This document shows positions 46,994-55,718 of a stretch of 64,000 nucleotides of DNA, one piece after another. How positions within the stretch are numbered: the stretch's first letter is position 1; each line of letters begins with the position of its first letter. The stretch is from NCBI GenBank assembly GCA_020073115.1, contig JAIQFU010000001.1, positions 27,374 to 91,373 on the forward strand, read 5' to 3'. The stretch comes from Terriglobia bacterium. Lineage in GTDB: Bacteria; Acidobacteriota; Terriglobia; Bryobacterales; Bryobacteraceae. A program made the position numbers and the translations under genes. Below the pieces are notes generated by a model. The model saw only the letters and a program-made list of their open reading frames with translations. It did no database searches and was not told the origin of the DNA.

Positions 46994-47129
46994 AGGGTGT
47001 CATCCTCCCAGGCGCGCCGCGACCTTCCCGGCGCACGCCAAATCAAAGTCTGACGCGGCGTTTCGCAATATGTCAAGCCATGTACGATTTGGCCCGGTGT
47101 GAGCAGACACCTGGAATGCGGGTTGCTGG

Positions 47130-48917
47130 GTGGGGCGCAGAACACATTCCATGCCGCTTCCGTCGAACTCTGCCGCGTCGCTCCCGTCGAACTCCACCGC
47201 GGCCGTCAGCGTCCCGGCGCGGCAGCGCGGGTGGGCCGGCGCGCCCATGCTGTGGCTCGCCGCGCTCTACGCGGCAGTGCTTGCGTTTACGCGTCCTACA
47301 TACATAGGAGACACCGTCTGGTACGCTTTCGACATCGAGCGCGCGCTGGAACGCGGCACGGCGCATTCCATCGAGATCTGGAACTTCGCCCACCTGCTCC
47401 TGCGCCCCGCCGGGCTGTTGCTTTCCCGGGTCTTCCTGGGCGCGGCGGCGCCGTATTTCGATGGCGACCGGCAGACGGCCATCGCGTTTCTGCTGGTCGC
47501 GGTCAGCGTCCTGGCCGGTTTCGTTTGCGCCGCGCTGGTCCAAAAGATGACGTGGGCCGTTACGCGAAGCAACGTGGCGGCGTTCACCGCCGCGGCGGGT
47601 TTTCTGTGTCTCAGCGTGGTCCTGAACTACTCGCGCTCGGGAGCTTCGTACCTGCCGGGATTGGCTTGCAGCCTGGCGTCTCTCTACCTGGCGGGGTTTT
47701 CTTCGGGGCGGCCGTCCCGCGCCGCCATCTTGAGCGGTGTCCTGGCGGCGCTCGCCGCGCTGTTTTGGCTCCCCTACGTGGTTTCTTTTCCAGCCATCCT
47801 GCTCGCCGGCCCGATTTTGAAGCCCGGCAAAAGGCGGGAGGATGTCTCCTGGAGCGCCGTCTTCCTGGCCGCCGCGGGGCTTACCCTGCTGGTTGCGTAC
47901 GGCGCCGCCGCGGCCGCGGTTCACGTCACCAGTTGGAGCGGGTTGGCGAATTGGATTCGCAGCAGCGACACGCAGCTTCGCGACCGCAAGCTTCTGCGGA
48001 TGATCACGGGATGGGCCCGTTCGTTTTACGAACTCGGCAACGATGCCGTGTACCTCAAGTGGTATTTGTTCAAGGATCCGTACGCCAAGGTCGGCTTGCT
48101 GGAACTCCTGCGGGTCTCTTTCCTGAAGCTGGCGCTATTCTATATATCCATGGGAGGGCTGGCGGTCCTGCTGTGGATCTCCCGGAGGGGGCGGGCGCTG
48201 CTGTTGCTTGCGTGCGTCGCCATGCTGCCGCAAATCGGCATGGCGCTGATGTTCGAAAGCGGATCGCCCGAACGGTATCTTCCCGGCTTGCCCCTACTGT
48301 TTGTGGGGTTCGGGTATGCCCTCGCCAACAGGGACTTCGGCATCCGGACTCGCGCGCTGGCGGCGGCGTTGTGTTGCGCGCACATCCCCGCGAACCTGGC
48401 GGCGCTCTCCGCCCCGGCGGTGAATGCTTCGATCGAAAGCGATGCCGGCCGGGTGGCCGCGCCGGCCTCGCTTCGCCCGGCCAGCCGCCTGTACGTCCTC
48501 AATGCTTTCGACGGGTTGTTCGTGCTGCGCGAAGGCCATCCGTTCCACCCGCTGAACCGCAAGGCCCTCCCGGAAATCGCGTCGCTCGTCCCCCTGGGCC
48601 CGCGGGTTCCATTCTGGCGCAGCGACTTCGCATGCACCGTCGTGTCCACATGGGAGCGGGGCGGGGATGTCTGGGTCACCCGGCGGATTCTAGCGGACCG
48701 GCCCGCCAGAAGCTGGCTCTGGGTGGAAGGCGACGACCGCCGGTTGACCTGGAACGCGCTGCACGGCTTCTTTTCCGGGGTGAAAAAGGGCCCGGAGAAG
48801 GGCGGCCCCGATGGCTTCTTCCTCGTCCCACACGACGACGCCACGCGAGGCATGATGCTGGCGAATATTCCCGGCGGCGATCCGCTCCGGTGTCCGGCCC
48901 CGGGAGGGACGCCATGA
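47130..48917 (+). CDS. polytopic membrane protein, function unknown (possible GT-C-like glycosyltransferase or polymerase)
   Basis: 595 aa with many hydrophobic helices and a C-terminal soluble part. The stop overlaps the start of the next GT4 gene (ATGA 48914-48917). Start uncertain (GTG 47130, ATG 47151 or 47247). Confidence 0.55.
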   Translation: MGRRTHSMPLPSNSAASLPSNSTAAVSVPARQRGWAGAPMLWLAALYAAVLAFTRPTYIGDTVWYAFDIERALERGTAHSIEIWNFAHLLLRPAGLLLSRVFLGAAAPYFDGDRQTAIAFLLVAVSVLAGFVCAALVQKMTWAVTRSNVAAFTAAAGFLCLSVVLNYSRSGASYLPGLACSLASLYLAGFSSGRPSRAAILSGVLAALAALFWLPYVVSFPAILLAGPILKPGKRREDVSWSAVFLAAAGLTLLVAYGAAAAAVHVTSWSGLANWIRSSDTQLRDRKLLRMITGWARSFYELGNDAVYLKWYLFKDPYAKVGLLELLRVSFLKLALFYISMGGLAVLLWISRRGRALLLLACVAMLPQIGMALMFESGSPERYLPGLPLLFVGFGYALANRDFGIRTRALAAALCCAHIPANLAALSAPAVNASIESDAGRVAAPASLRPASRLYVLNAFDGLFVLREGHPFHPLNRKALPEIASLVPLGPRVPFWRSDFACTVVSTWERGGDVWVTRRILADRPARSWLWVEGDDRRLTWNALHGFFSGVKKGPEKGGPDGFFLVPHDDATRGMMLANIPGGDPLRCPAPGGTP

Positions 48918-50110
48918 GTGCGATTCGCCTGCTGGCGGTGGTGGAAGCCAACACAACTACCGGCCCGGCGAAGAACCTGCTTCAGTTCGCCGGCCACCTC
49001 GGAGAAGTGGAACCACCGGTGGAGCTGGCGCTGGCGGTTTTCCGGCGCGCCGCAACCGAGAACGGTTTTATCGACGCCGCGCGGCGTTCCTCCATACCGG
49101 TTTATGCCATAGACGAACGCCGGGTTTTCGATGCGCGGGTACTGTCCCGTTTGCGGGCGATCTCGCGTGAGTTTCAGCCGCACCTGGTGCAGACGCACAG
49201 CGTCAAATCGCATTTTCTGGTCCGCGCCGCCGGGCTGCACAAGGGGGCGCCGTGGGTGGCGTTTCATCACGGCTATACCTGGCCGGACTGGCGGATGCGG
49301 GTATACAACCAGCTGGACCGCTGGTCGCTCCGCGCCGCCAGCCTGGTTTTGACCGTCAGTGTTCCGTTCCGGCGGGAGTTGACGCGCCTGGGTGTGGGCG
49401 CGGCCCGGATCGAGGTGGTGCACAATGCGATCGATGCGGAGTGGGGGGCCGCGGACCGCGTTCCACCCGCGCGGCGGCAATGGCGCGCCCGCCTGGGTAT
49501 CGGATCCCGCGACAAGGTGATTGTGATTGTAGGCCGGCTTTCCCGCGAGAAGGACCACAATACCCTGCTGCATGCCGTTCATGCGCTCCCGGCGCACGGC
49601 GCGCCCGCCCTGCCCTGGTTGCTGGTGGTGGGGGACGGGCCGGAACGCGCGGCGATTCTGGAAACGGCCGGCCGGCTGGGGATTTCCGGACGCCTGATTC
49701 TAACGGGCCAGGTCCCATCCGCCGCGCCGTACTACGGGATTGCCGACGTAGCCGTGCTGTCCTCCGTGACAGAAGGTTCTCCCAACGCCCTCCTGGAGGC
49801 GATGGCCAGCGGCGTCCCGGTGGTGGCTACCTCGGTCGGCGGGGTGCCCGAGATTGTTTCGCATAACGCGACCGCTATGCTCGCGCCCCCTTCGAATCCC
49901 GGCGCCTTGGCGGACGCCATAGCAGCCGTCCTGGAGGATGAGACGCTGGGCCGGAGGCTGGCGGAATCGGCCCGGGAACTGGTTGTTTCGAGTTTTGCGC
50001 CGGCCGCGCGAACCCGGCGCATCGTCGAGGCATACAGCCGCGTGTTGCGGGTTTCGGCCGCGGAACGAGTCGCCATGGGGCCCGCGCCATCCCGCTGCAG
50101 TCCGCTCTAG
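48914..50110 (+). CDS. GT4-family glycosyltransferase
   Basis: Start MSAIRLLAVVEA. GRLSREKDHNTLL and EGSPNALLEAMASGVPVVAT (E-x7-E). The 1003-aa ORF-track entry fuses this to an upstream shadow frame. Confidence 0.85.
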   Translation: MSAIRLLAVVEANTTTGPAKNLLQFAGHLGEVEPPVELALAVFRRAATENGFIDAARRSSIPVYAIDERRVFDARVLSRLRAISREFQPHLVQTHSVKSHFLVRAAGLHKGAPWVAFHHGYTWPDWRMRVYNQLDRWSLRAASLVLTVSVPFRRELTRLGVGAARIEVVHNAIDAEWGAADRVPPARRQWRARLGIGSRDKVIVIVGRLSREKDHNTLLHAVHALPAHGAPALPWLLVVGDGPERAAILETAGRLGISGRLILTGQVPSAAPYYGIADVAVLSSVTEGSPNALLEAMASGVPVVATSVGGVPEIVSHNATAMLAPPSNPGALADAIAAVLEDETLGRRLAESARELVVSSFAPAARTRRIVEAYSRVLRVSAAERVAMGPAPSRCSPL

Positions 50111-50132
50111 GGGTCCGGATTCAGCCGAAGAT

Positions 50133-51356
50133 ATGAAGAACGCCGACCCGTTGCCCCTCGTTGCCGCGAACCCGATGGCCGCTTCCATCCCACGCGTCGC
50201 CTTGCTCCTGGTTTGCCATTCCTACCCGCCCGTTTTGGGAGGGTCTGAAATCGAGGCGCAGCGGGTTTGCGCGGCCTTGCTGCGGCGCGGGCACGATGTC
50301 ACCGTCCTGTGCGCCGGCGGCCCTCCCATGCCGGACGCGCCCCGCTGGGTCGATCCGGCCGGAGTGCCCGTCCGAATTTTGGGCCGCAGGTGGCCGCGGA
50401 TCCTCCGGGACTACGCGTTCGCGGCGGAAGTGGCGTGGACCCTGTTCCGGCGCCGCCGCCATTACCAACTCGTCTATTTCCTGATGCAGGGCTTGCATCT
50501 GGCCGCTGGCCTCCCCGTGGCGCGCTCGCTCGGGAAGCCCGCCGTCATGAAGGTCTCGGGAAGCAGCATCATCACCCTGATGCGCCAATCCCGGATGGGC
50601 CGTCTGGAGTTGCGGTGGCTGCGGAAGTGGGCCCACCGGGTCATGATCCTGAATCCGGGGATGGCGGAGGAGGCGGCGGCGGCCGGCTTCGAGCCGCGGC
50701 ATCTGCTATGGATGCCGAACCCCGTCGATACCCTGGAATTCGCCCCTTGTCTCCCCGGGAGGCGCGCGGAGTTGCGCGCCCGGCTGCGCATTCCCGCCGG
50801 GGCCGGCGTCGTCGTTTCCGTTGGCCGGCTGGCGCCCGAGAAGGAACTGGCTTCGTTGATCGGGGCCTTCGCCGCCGTCGTTCGACACGCGCCTGACGCC
50901 ATGCTCGTCCTGGTAGGCGATGGCCCTCTGAGGAAACACCTGGAAGCGCAGGCCGAAAAGCTCGGGCTCCGCGCGTCGGTCCGCTTCCCCGGCAGACAAA
51001 CCCCCGCCGAAGTCTGTCAATGGCTCCAGGTGGCGGATGTTTTCGCCCTCGTCTCCTCCAACGAAGGCTTCCCGTGTTCGCTAGCCGAGGCCATGTCCGC
51101 CGGGCTGCCGCCGGTCGTCAGCGACATCCCCGCCAACACACAGTTGATCGACCATGGCGTCCATGGCCTCCACGCCCGGATGGGCGATGCGCCGTCGATC
51201 GCCGGCGCCGTACTGCAATTGATCGGCGATCCCGAGCTGCGCGCCCGCTTGGGAGAGGCTGCCCGCCGCCGCGTGGTGGAGAACTACTCCGTCGATATGG
51301 TCGCGGAACGTTACGAAATCCTGTTCGCCGAAGCGCTCGCGGCGTCCCCGGGGTGA
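50133..51356 (+). CDS. GT4-family glycosyltransferase
   Basis: Start MKNADPL (or MAASIPRV). YPPVLGGSEIEAQRV, GRLAPEKELASLI and EGFPCSLAEAMSAGLPPVVS. Confidence 0.85.
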   Translation: MKNADPLPLVAANPMAASIPRVALLLVCHSYPPVLGGSEIEAQRVCAALLRRGHDVTVLCAGGPPMPDAPRWVDPAGVPVRILGRRWPRILRDYAFAAEVAWTLFRRRRHYQLVYFLMQGLHLAAGLPVARSLGKPAVMKVSGSSIITLMRQSRMGRLELRWLRKWAHRVMILNPGMAEEAAAAGFEPRHLLWMPNPVDTLEFAPCLPGRRAELRARLRIPAGAGVVVSVGRLAPEKELASLIGAFAAVVRHAPDAMLVLVGDGPLRKHLEAQAEKLGLRASVRFPGRQTPAEVCQWLQVADVFALVSSNEGFPCSLAEAMSAGLPPVVSDIPANTQLIDHGVHGLHARMGDAPSIAGAVLQLIGDPELRARLGEAARRRVVENYSVDMVAERYEILFAEALAASPG

Positions 51357-51470
51357 TTCCGGCGATGCGACGTCCGATTCGTTACGGAGCCCGCGGCTTT
51401 GGCGCTTTATAATCAAAAGCAGTGTTTATCGAGGGTCCTCCAATTCGAAGACGGCTCTCCTTCGCGCTCC

Positions 51471-53000
51471 ATGACCACTACTCCAGCTCAGGCCGGCATT
51501 CCCTCCGGGCGTACGCTCTTTAAAAATATTCTTCAGGGCAGCGGGCTCTATTCCATCGCGATTGTGGGCCAACGGCTCGCGTCCGTGGCGCTGCTGCCCA
51601 TCACCACCCGGTTTCTGACGCCCGCCGACTACGGCATGGCGGACCTTCTGGAGCAGGTCGGGGTCATTCTGGCGATCGTGCTCGGCCTTCAGTTTTCGTC
51701 CTCTCTCGGATATTTCTACTTCCGCAGCGAAGCCAGGGAGGCGCGGCGCGCGGTGGCGAGCACGGGGATTATCGGGGCGGGCTGCCTGGGCGTGCTGGTG
51801 GCGCTTCTCTGCTGGCCGTTTGCCCCGCTGATCAGCCGGCTGGTGTTCGGCAGCGCGATCGGGGCGCCGTACCTTCGGCTGGTGTTCGCCACGATGCCGG
51901 CCAGTTTCTTTCTGGAAGCGCTGCTCAGTTGGGTCCGCGTGGAGGACCGGCCCGGGATGTACGTCATCGGGACCATGGTGCGGATCGGCGTGACGATTGT
52001 AGGGACCGTCCTGCTCGTGGGTATTTACCGGCTGCACGTCTGGGGAGTATTGGCCACGAGCCTGGCCGCCATGTTGGTGACGGGCGCATTCATGGGCGTC
52101 TACTGGCTGCGATCGTCTCGTCCGGCGTTCGACGCCCGGTTATTCGTGGCCATGGCCAGGTTCGCGGCGCCGGTTGGCCTGAGCGGCGTTGCGGTATTCC
52201 TGATCCACTTTGGCGACCGCTTTTTTCTGCCGCATTACCGTCCGCTGGCCGAATTGGGAATTTACGTTCTCGCCTACAAGCTGGGCATGCTGCTGGCGGT
52301 GATTTATGCGGCGTTCCAGATCTACTGGAGCGCCCAGGTCTACCAAATCATGCAGCGGCACGATGCGGACGAGGTGTTTGCGCGCCTGTTCACCTACGTC
52401 ATTCTGGGGCTGTCGTTTTTCGGGCTGGGAATCGTAGTTTGCGCGCAGCCCACGCTCAAAATCCTGGCGGCGCCGGCATACCAGGGGGCGGCGGCGCTGG
52501 TTCCGGTCATTGTCGCCGCATACTATACGCGCGCCGTCGGCGATTTCGTGCGCTGCCTTTTCCTGGCGGCCGGCCGGCCTGGCTACGATGCGGCCTGCAA
52601 CTGGCTGGGGGCGCTGTTCTGCCTGACGGGGTATATTCTCCTGATCCCGAAGTACGGCATCTGGGGCGCGGCTTTCGCCACGGTGGCGGCATTCACGGTA
52701 ATCGGCGTGGTATCGGTGGTCTGGACGTACCGGCTGCGGCCGTATCGCATCGAAAGCGGGCGCATGGCGAAGATCGGCCTGTCTCTGGCGGCGGCCCTTC
52801 CGGTCTACCTTCTGCCGCGCGCCGCCTCGCTGCCCGCGCAAATCGGCCTGGCGGCGCTGTCGGTATCGGTGTTCCTTGTGGCGCTGTGGGTTCTGCGATT
52901 CCCCACCCGGGGGGAACTTGTGGCCGGCCGGACTGCGATCCAATCCGCCTTTCGGCGGCTCGGGATGGTTTCTTCAGCCGGCGTTCCCGCCGGCGACTAG
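51471..53000 (+). CDS. Wzx-like oligosaccharide flippase (MOP superfamily polysaccharide biosynthesis protein)
   Basis: About 12-14 TM helices. The N-terminal block LFKNILQGSGLYSIAIVGQRLASVALLPITTRFLTPADYG is typical of the family. Start set at MTTTPAQ (ATG 51471). Confidence 0.8.
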   Translation: MTTTPAQAGIPSGRTLFKNILQGSGLYSIAIVGQRLASVALLPITTRFLTPADYGMADLLEQVGVILAIVLGLQFSSSLGYFYFRSEAREARRAVASTGIIGAGCLGVLVALLCWPFAPLISRLVFGSAIGAPYLRLVFATMPASFFLEALLSWVRVEDRPGMYVIGTMVRIGVTIVGTVLLVGIYRLHVWGVLATSLAAMLVTGAFMGVYWLRSSRPAFDARLFVAMARFAAPVGLSGVAVFLIHFGDRFFLPHYRPLAELGIYVLAYKLGMLLAVIYAAFQIYWSAQVYQIMQRHDADEVFARLFTYVILGLSFFGLGIVVCAQPTLKILAAPAYQGAAALVPVIVAAYYTRAVGDFVRCLFLAAGRPGYDAACNWLGALFCLTGYILLIPKYGIWGAAFATVAAFTVIGVVSVVWTYRLRPYRIESGRMAKIGLSLAAALPVYLLPRAASLPAQIGLAALSVSVFLVALWVLRFPTRGELVAGRTAIQSAFRRLGMVSSAGVPAGD

Positions 53001-53001
53001 G

Positions 53002-54195
53002 GTGCGCATCCTTTTTCTATCCCCGCGGCAATGCTTTCCGCCGGTGACCGGCGCCAAACTCCGGGAATACTATCTGGCCAAGGGGTTGGGCGAGCGCGGC
53101 GGGCTGGTCCACCTCTTTTTTGCCGGGGCGGGGGACCCTGCCCAGGGGGCGGATGCGGCGTTTCCCCGGAAGGCGGTTGCAGTCCCGGCGCCGCGCCGGT
53201 ACACGCCGGCGAAAATCGCACGCGGGATCTTTGGCCGCTGGCCCCTCCCGGTGGTGAATTACACGTCGGAAGAAATGCGGGCGGCGCTCGCCGCGGCGCT
53301 CGCCGCCGAGAGATTCGACCTGGCGCACATCGACAGCATCCACATGGCGGCCTACGCCTCCATGCTGCCGCGGGGCCTCCCGGTGGTCTACGACTGGCAC
53401 AACATCGAATCGGAGTTGATGCGGCGCTACGGCGCCCGCGCGGGTTTTCTGCGCTCGGCTTACGCTGCCGCGACGGCGCGGCGGTTGGCGGCGCTCGAGC
53501 GCCGGATCCTCCGCGCGGCGTTCGGGCACATTGTGTGCAGCGAGCGGGAACGCGATGAACTGCGCCGCGTGGCGCCGGAAGCGCGCATTGCGGTAGTGGA
53601 GAATGGCGTGGACACGCGCTACTTCCAGCCCGGCGGCGGCGAGCGGGGCCGGTGGCGCGTGGTGTTCGTAGGCTCCATGAATTATCACGCCAACGTGGAG
53701 GCGGCGGTGTGGTTCGCGCACGCGGTCTGGCCCGCGGTTCGCGAGCGCTTCCCCGGGTGGACGCTCACGGTGGTGGGGTCGGACCCGGCGCCGGCGGTCC
53801 TCGCGCTGCGGGGGGAGAAGAGCGTGGAAGTTACCGGTTCCGTTCCGGACGTCCGCCCCTACTACCGGGAAGCCGTGGCCGCCGTGGCGCCCCTGCATAC
53901 CGGCGGCGGCACGCGCCTGAAGATCCTGGAAGCGATGGCCGCGGGGGCGCCGGTAGTATCCACGCCGTTAGGCGCCGAGGGTCTGGCGGTTGCTCCCGGT
54001 GGAAATATTCTGATCGCGGACGGTCCCGCCGATTGGGTAGCATGCCTGGCCGAACTGGCAGACCGGCCGGAGGTATGGGGCCGCATAGCCCAAGCGGGCC
54101 TGGAGTTAGTGCGGGCGCGCTACGATTGGGGGCTCCTCGGGCAATCGCTGCATGATACGTACTGCGGGTGGATCAGTTCGCCAGCCCGGGTATAA
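53002..54195 (+). CDS. GT4-family glycosyltransferase
   Basis: GTG start 1 nt after the flippase stop. VRILFLSPRQCFPPVTGAKLREYYL, VGSMNYHANVEA and GTRLKILEAMAAGAPVVST. Confidence 0.8.
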   Translation: MRILFLSPRQCFPPVTGAKLREYYLAKGLGERGGLVHLFFAGAGDPAQGADAAFPRKAVAVPAPRRYTPAKIARGIFGRWPLPVVNYTSEEMRAALAAALAAERFDLAHIDSIHMAAYASMLPRGLPVVYDWHNIESELMRRYGARAGFLRSAYAAATARRLAALERRILRAAFGHIVCSERERDELRRVAPEARIAVVENGVDTRYFQPGGGERGRWRVVFVGSMNYHANVEAAVWFAHAVWPAVRERFPGWTLTVVGSDPAPAVLALRGEKSVEVTGSVPDVRPYYREAVAAVAPLHTGGGTRLKILEAMAAGAPVVSTPLGAEGLAVAPGGNILIADGPADWVACLAELADRPEVWGRIAQAGLELVRARYDWGLLGQSLHDTYCGWISSPARV

Positions 54196-54246
54196 GGCAA
54201 CTGGGCGTCCTTGCTTTGCCGGCTTCGTGTAGCGACAATGTAGTAC

Positions 54247-54534
54247 GTGAGCGAGACGGCGGCGGGGTTTGATTGGGATGAAGCCAACCGCGGCCACATT
54301 GCCCGCCACCGTGTAACGCCTGAGGAGTTCGAGCAGGCGATCAACAATGACCCGGTCGAGCTTGGATCCGCCCTGGTGAATGGCGAGCAGCGGACGAAGG
54401 TGGCTGCGATTACAGACCGGGGACGCATCCTCGAAATGATCTACGCCTTTCGGCGAGGGAGGATCCGCGCCGTCACCGCGTACCCCGCCAACAAAAAGAA
54501 GAGGGAGGCTTACCGTGGCTACTTCCAAAAATAG
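54247..54534 (+). CDS. brnT: BrnT-family (DUF497) type II toxin
   Basis: 95 aa. FDWDEANRGHIARHRVTPEEFEQ ... GRILEMIYAFRRGRIRAVTAYPA. Confidence 0.75.
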   Translation: MSETAAGFDWDEANRGHIARHRVTPEEFEQAINNDPVELGSALVNGEQRTKVAAITDRGRILEMIYAFRRGRIRAVTAYPANKKKREAYRGYFQK

Positions 54535-54859
54535 AAGGCTCTGGGAAAAATACGGTTTTTACAGTAAGGGCGACGGAACCGTGGGGATTCGACACCCACC
54601 GAAATTCCGCAACGAGACCGAGGAGGCCCGCTGGTGGGAGCAGACCAGCGATGCTATGTTCGAGTTTGCCGCGGAGCACGGGCTAAAGGGTAAACGGCCG
54701 GCGCGCGGTGCGACGCCACCGACATCGATCCGGCTCCGTCCGGAAGATATCGAGCGTGCGCGCAAGCTCGCGGCGCGGCGCGGCCTCGCCTATCAGACCT
54801 ACCTCAAGATGCTTCTCCATGAAGCGCTGGAAAAGGAAGAGCGCAAGGCCGTTGCGTAA
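54515..54859 (+). CDS. brnA: BrnA-like ribbon-helix-helix antitoxin
   Basis: 114 aa. Overlaps brnT by 20 nt. C-terminal TSIRLRPEDIERARKLAARRGLAYQTYLKMLLHEALEKE. Confidence 0.7.
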   Translation: MATSKNRRLWEKYGFYSKGDGTVGIRHPPKFRNETEEARWWEQTSDAMFEFAAEHGLKGKRPARGATPPTSIRLRPEDIERARKLAARRGLAYQTYLKMLLHEALEKEERKAVA

Positions 54860-54945
54860 TCGCGAGTACCGCCGGCGGTTCCTTACCGCGGGCCGGGCCT
54901 GAGGGCGCGGCAATCGCTGGATGAAACATCCTACCGCGGCGGAGG

Positions 54946-55335
54946 TCACGAAATAACGCGAAAACGCGTGGATGCGTATAGCGGTATTTCGCCATCCAGC
55001 GTGATCAGGGTGAGATCTTCCACTGACGCCTGGGCGATCAGAACCCGGTCGAAAGGGTCTTTGTGAATGGGGGGCAGCTCATAGACTTCCGCCACATGGT
55101 CAGGCCGCAATGCGAGCGGCGTGGCGGCAAGTTGTTCGAGGGTGTCATGCCACCAGAGCCTTGGGTCGCCGACCTGCAGGCTGCCCTTCATGGACTTGAG
55201 CAGCACCTCCCAATACGAAACCACGCTGAGCACGTTGGGACCGGACAGAACGGCCGCCTTGATCTCCGCCGGCAAACGGTCTGGATCGGTTAGAGCGATC
55301 AGCGCCGTGTTTGTGTCCAGGAGATAGCCGTTCAC
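54946..55335 (-). CDS. vapC: PIN-domain ribonuclease toxin (VapC-like)
   Basis: GTG start overlapping the antitoxin stop (GTGA 55332-55335). Acidic PIN residues in YLLDTNTALIAL, SYWEVLLK and HKDPFDRVLIAQA. Confidence 0.8.
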   Translation of the reverse strand: MNGYLLDTNTALIALTDPDRLPAEIKAAVLSGPNVLSVVSYWEVLLKSMKGSLQVGDPRLWWHDTLEQLAATPLALRPDHVAEVYELPPIHKDPFDRVLIAQASVEDLTLITLDGEIPLYASTRFRVIS

Positions 55336-55562
55336 AGATCTCCCGCCAGGAAATGGTCGAGATCTACAGAAGCATCCCACCCGGGCAGCAGCTTGATCCG
55401 ATCTTTCATCCCGCCCAGCCGCACTTTTCTCCGTTCCGCGGGAGGAGGAGTGATTTGCGCGACCGGTTTTCCGTGCCGGGTGATAACGACCTTCTCGCCG
55501 TTCTCGACGGCCCGGATGATCTCGGGCAACCGGTTCTTGGCCTCAGCGATGCTGATGTCCAT
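55332..55562 (-). CDS. Phd/YefM-family antitoxin
   Basis: 76 aa. MDISIAEAKNRLPEIIRAVENGEKVVITRHGKPVAQI. The palindrome atagctat lies in the upstream promoter region (about 55570-55585). Confidence 0.8.
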   Translation of the reverse strand: MDISIAEAKNRLPEIIRAVENGEKVVITRHGKPVAQITPPPAERRKVRLGGMKDRIKLLPGWDASVDLDHFLAGDL

Positions 55563-55718
55563 ATCTAAATATAGCTATTTTTTGTGGCTATCCTCCAGGT
55601 GACTACGGAGAAAGCACGCGTGCGAGGTGTGATATCCGGTACTCGTCGCCGCTCTTCCTAAGCCCGTGCTTAATATTCCACACAGCGATGCAAACGGCGG
55701 TTTCGCTAGTGTGGTTGA

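Noticed and set aside
47099-50110. 1003-aa ORF spanning the membrane-protein gene and the GT4 gene
   Set aside because: The first 600 codons are an R/P/G-rich alternative frame of the hydrophobic 47130..48917 gene. Recognisable GT4 sequence begins only at MSAIRLLAVVE (48914).
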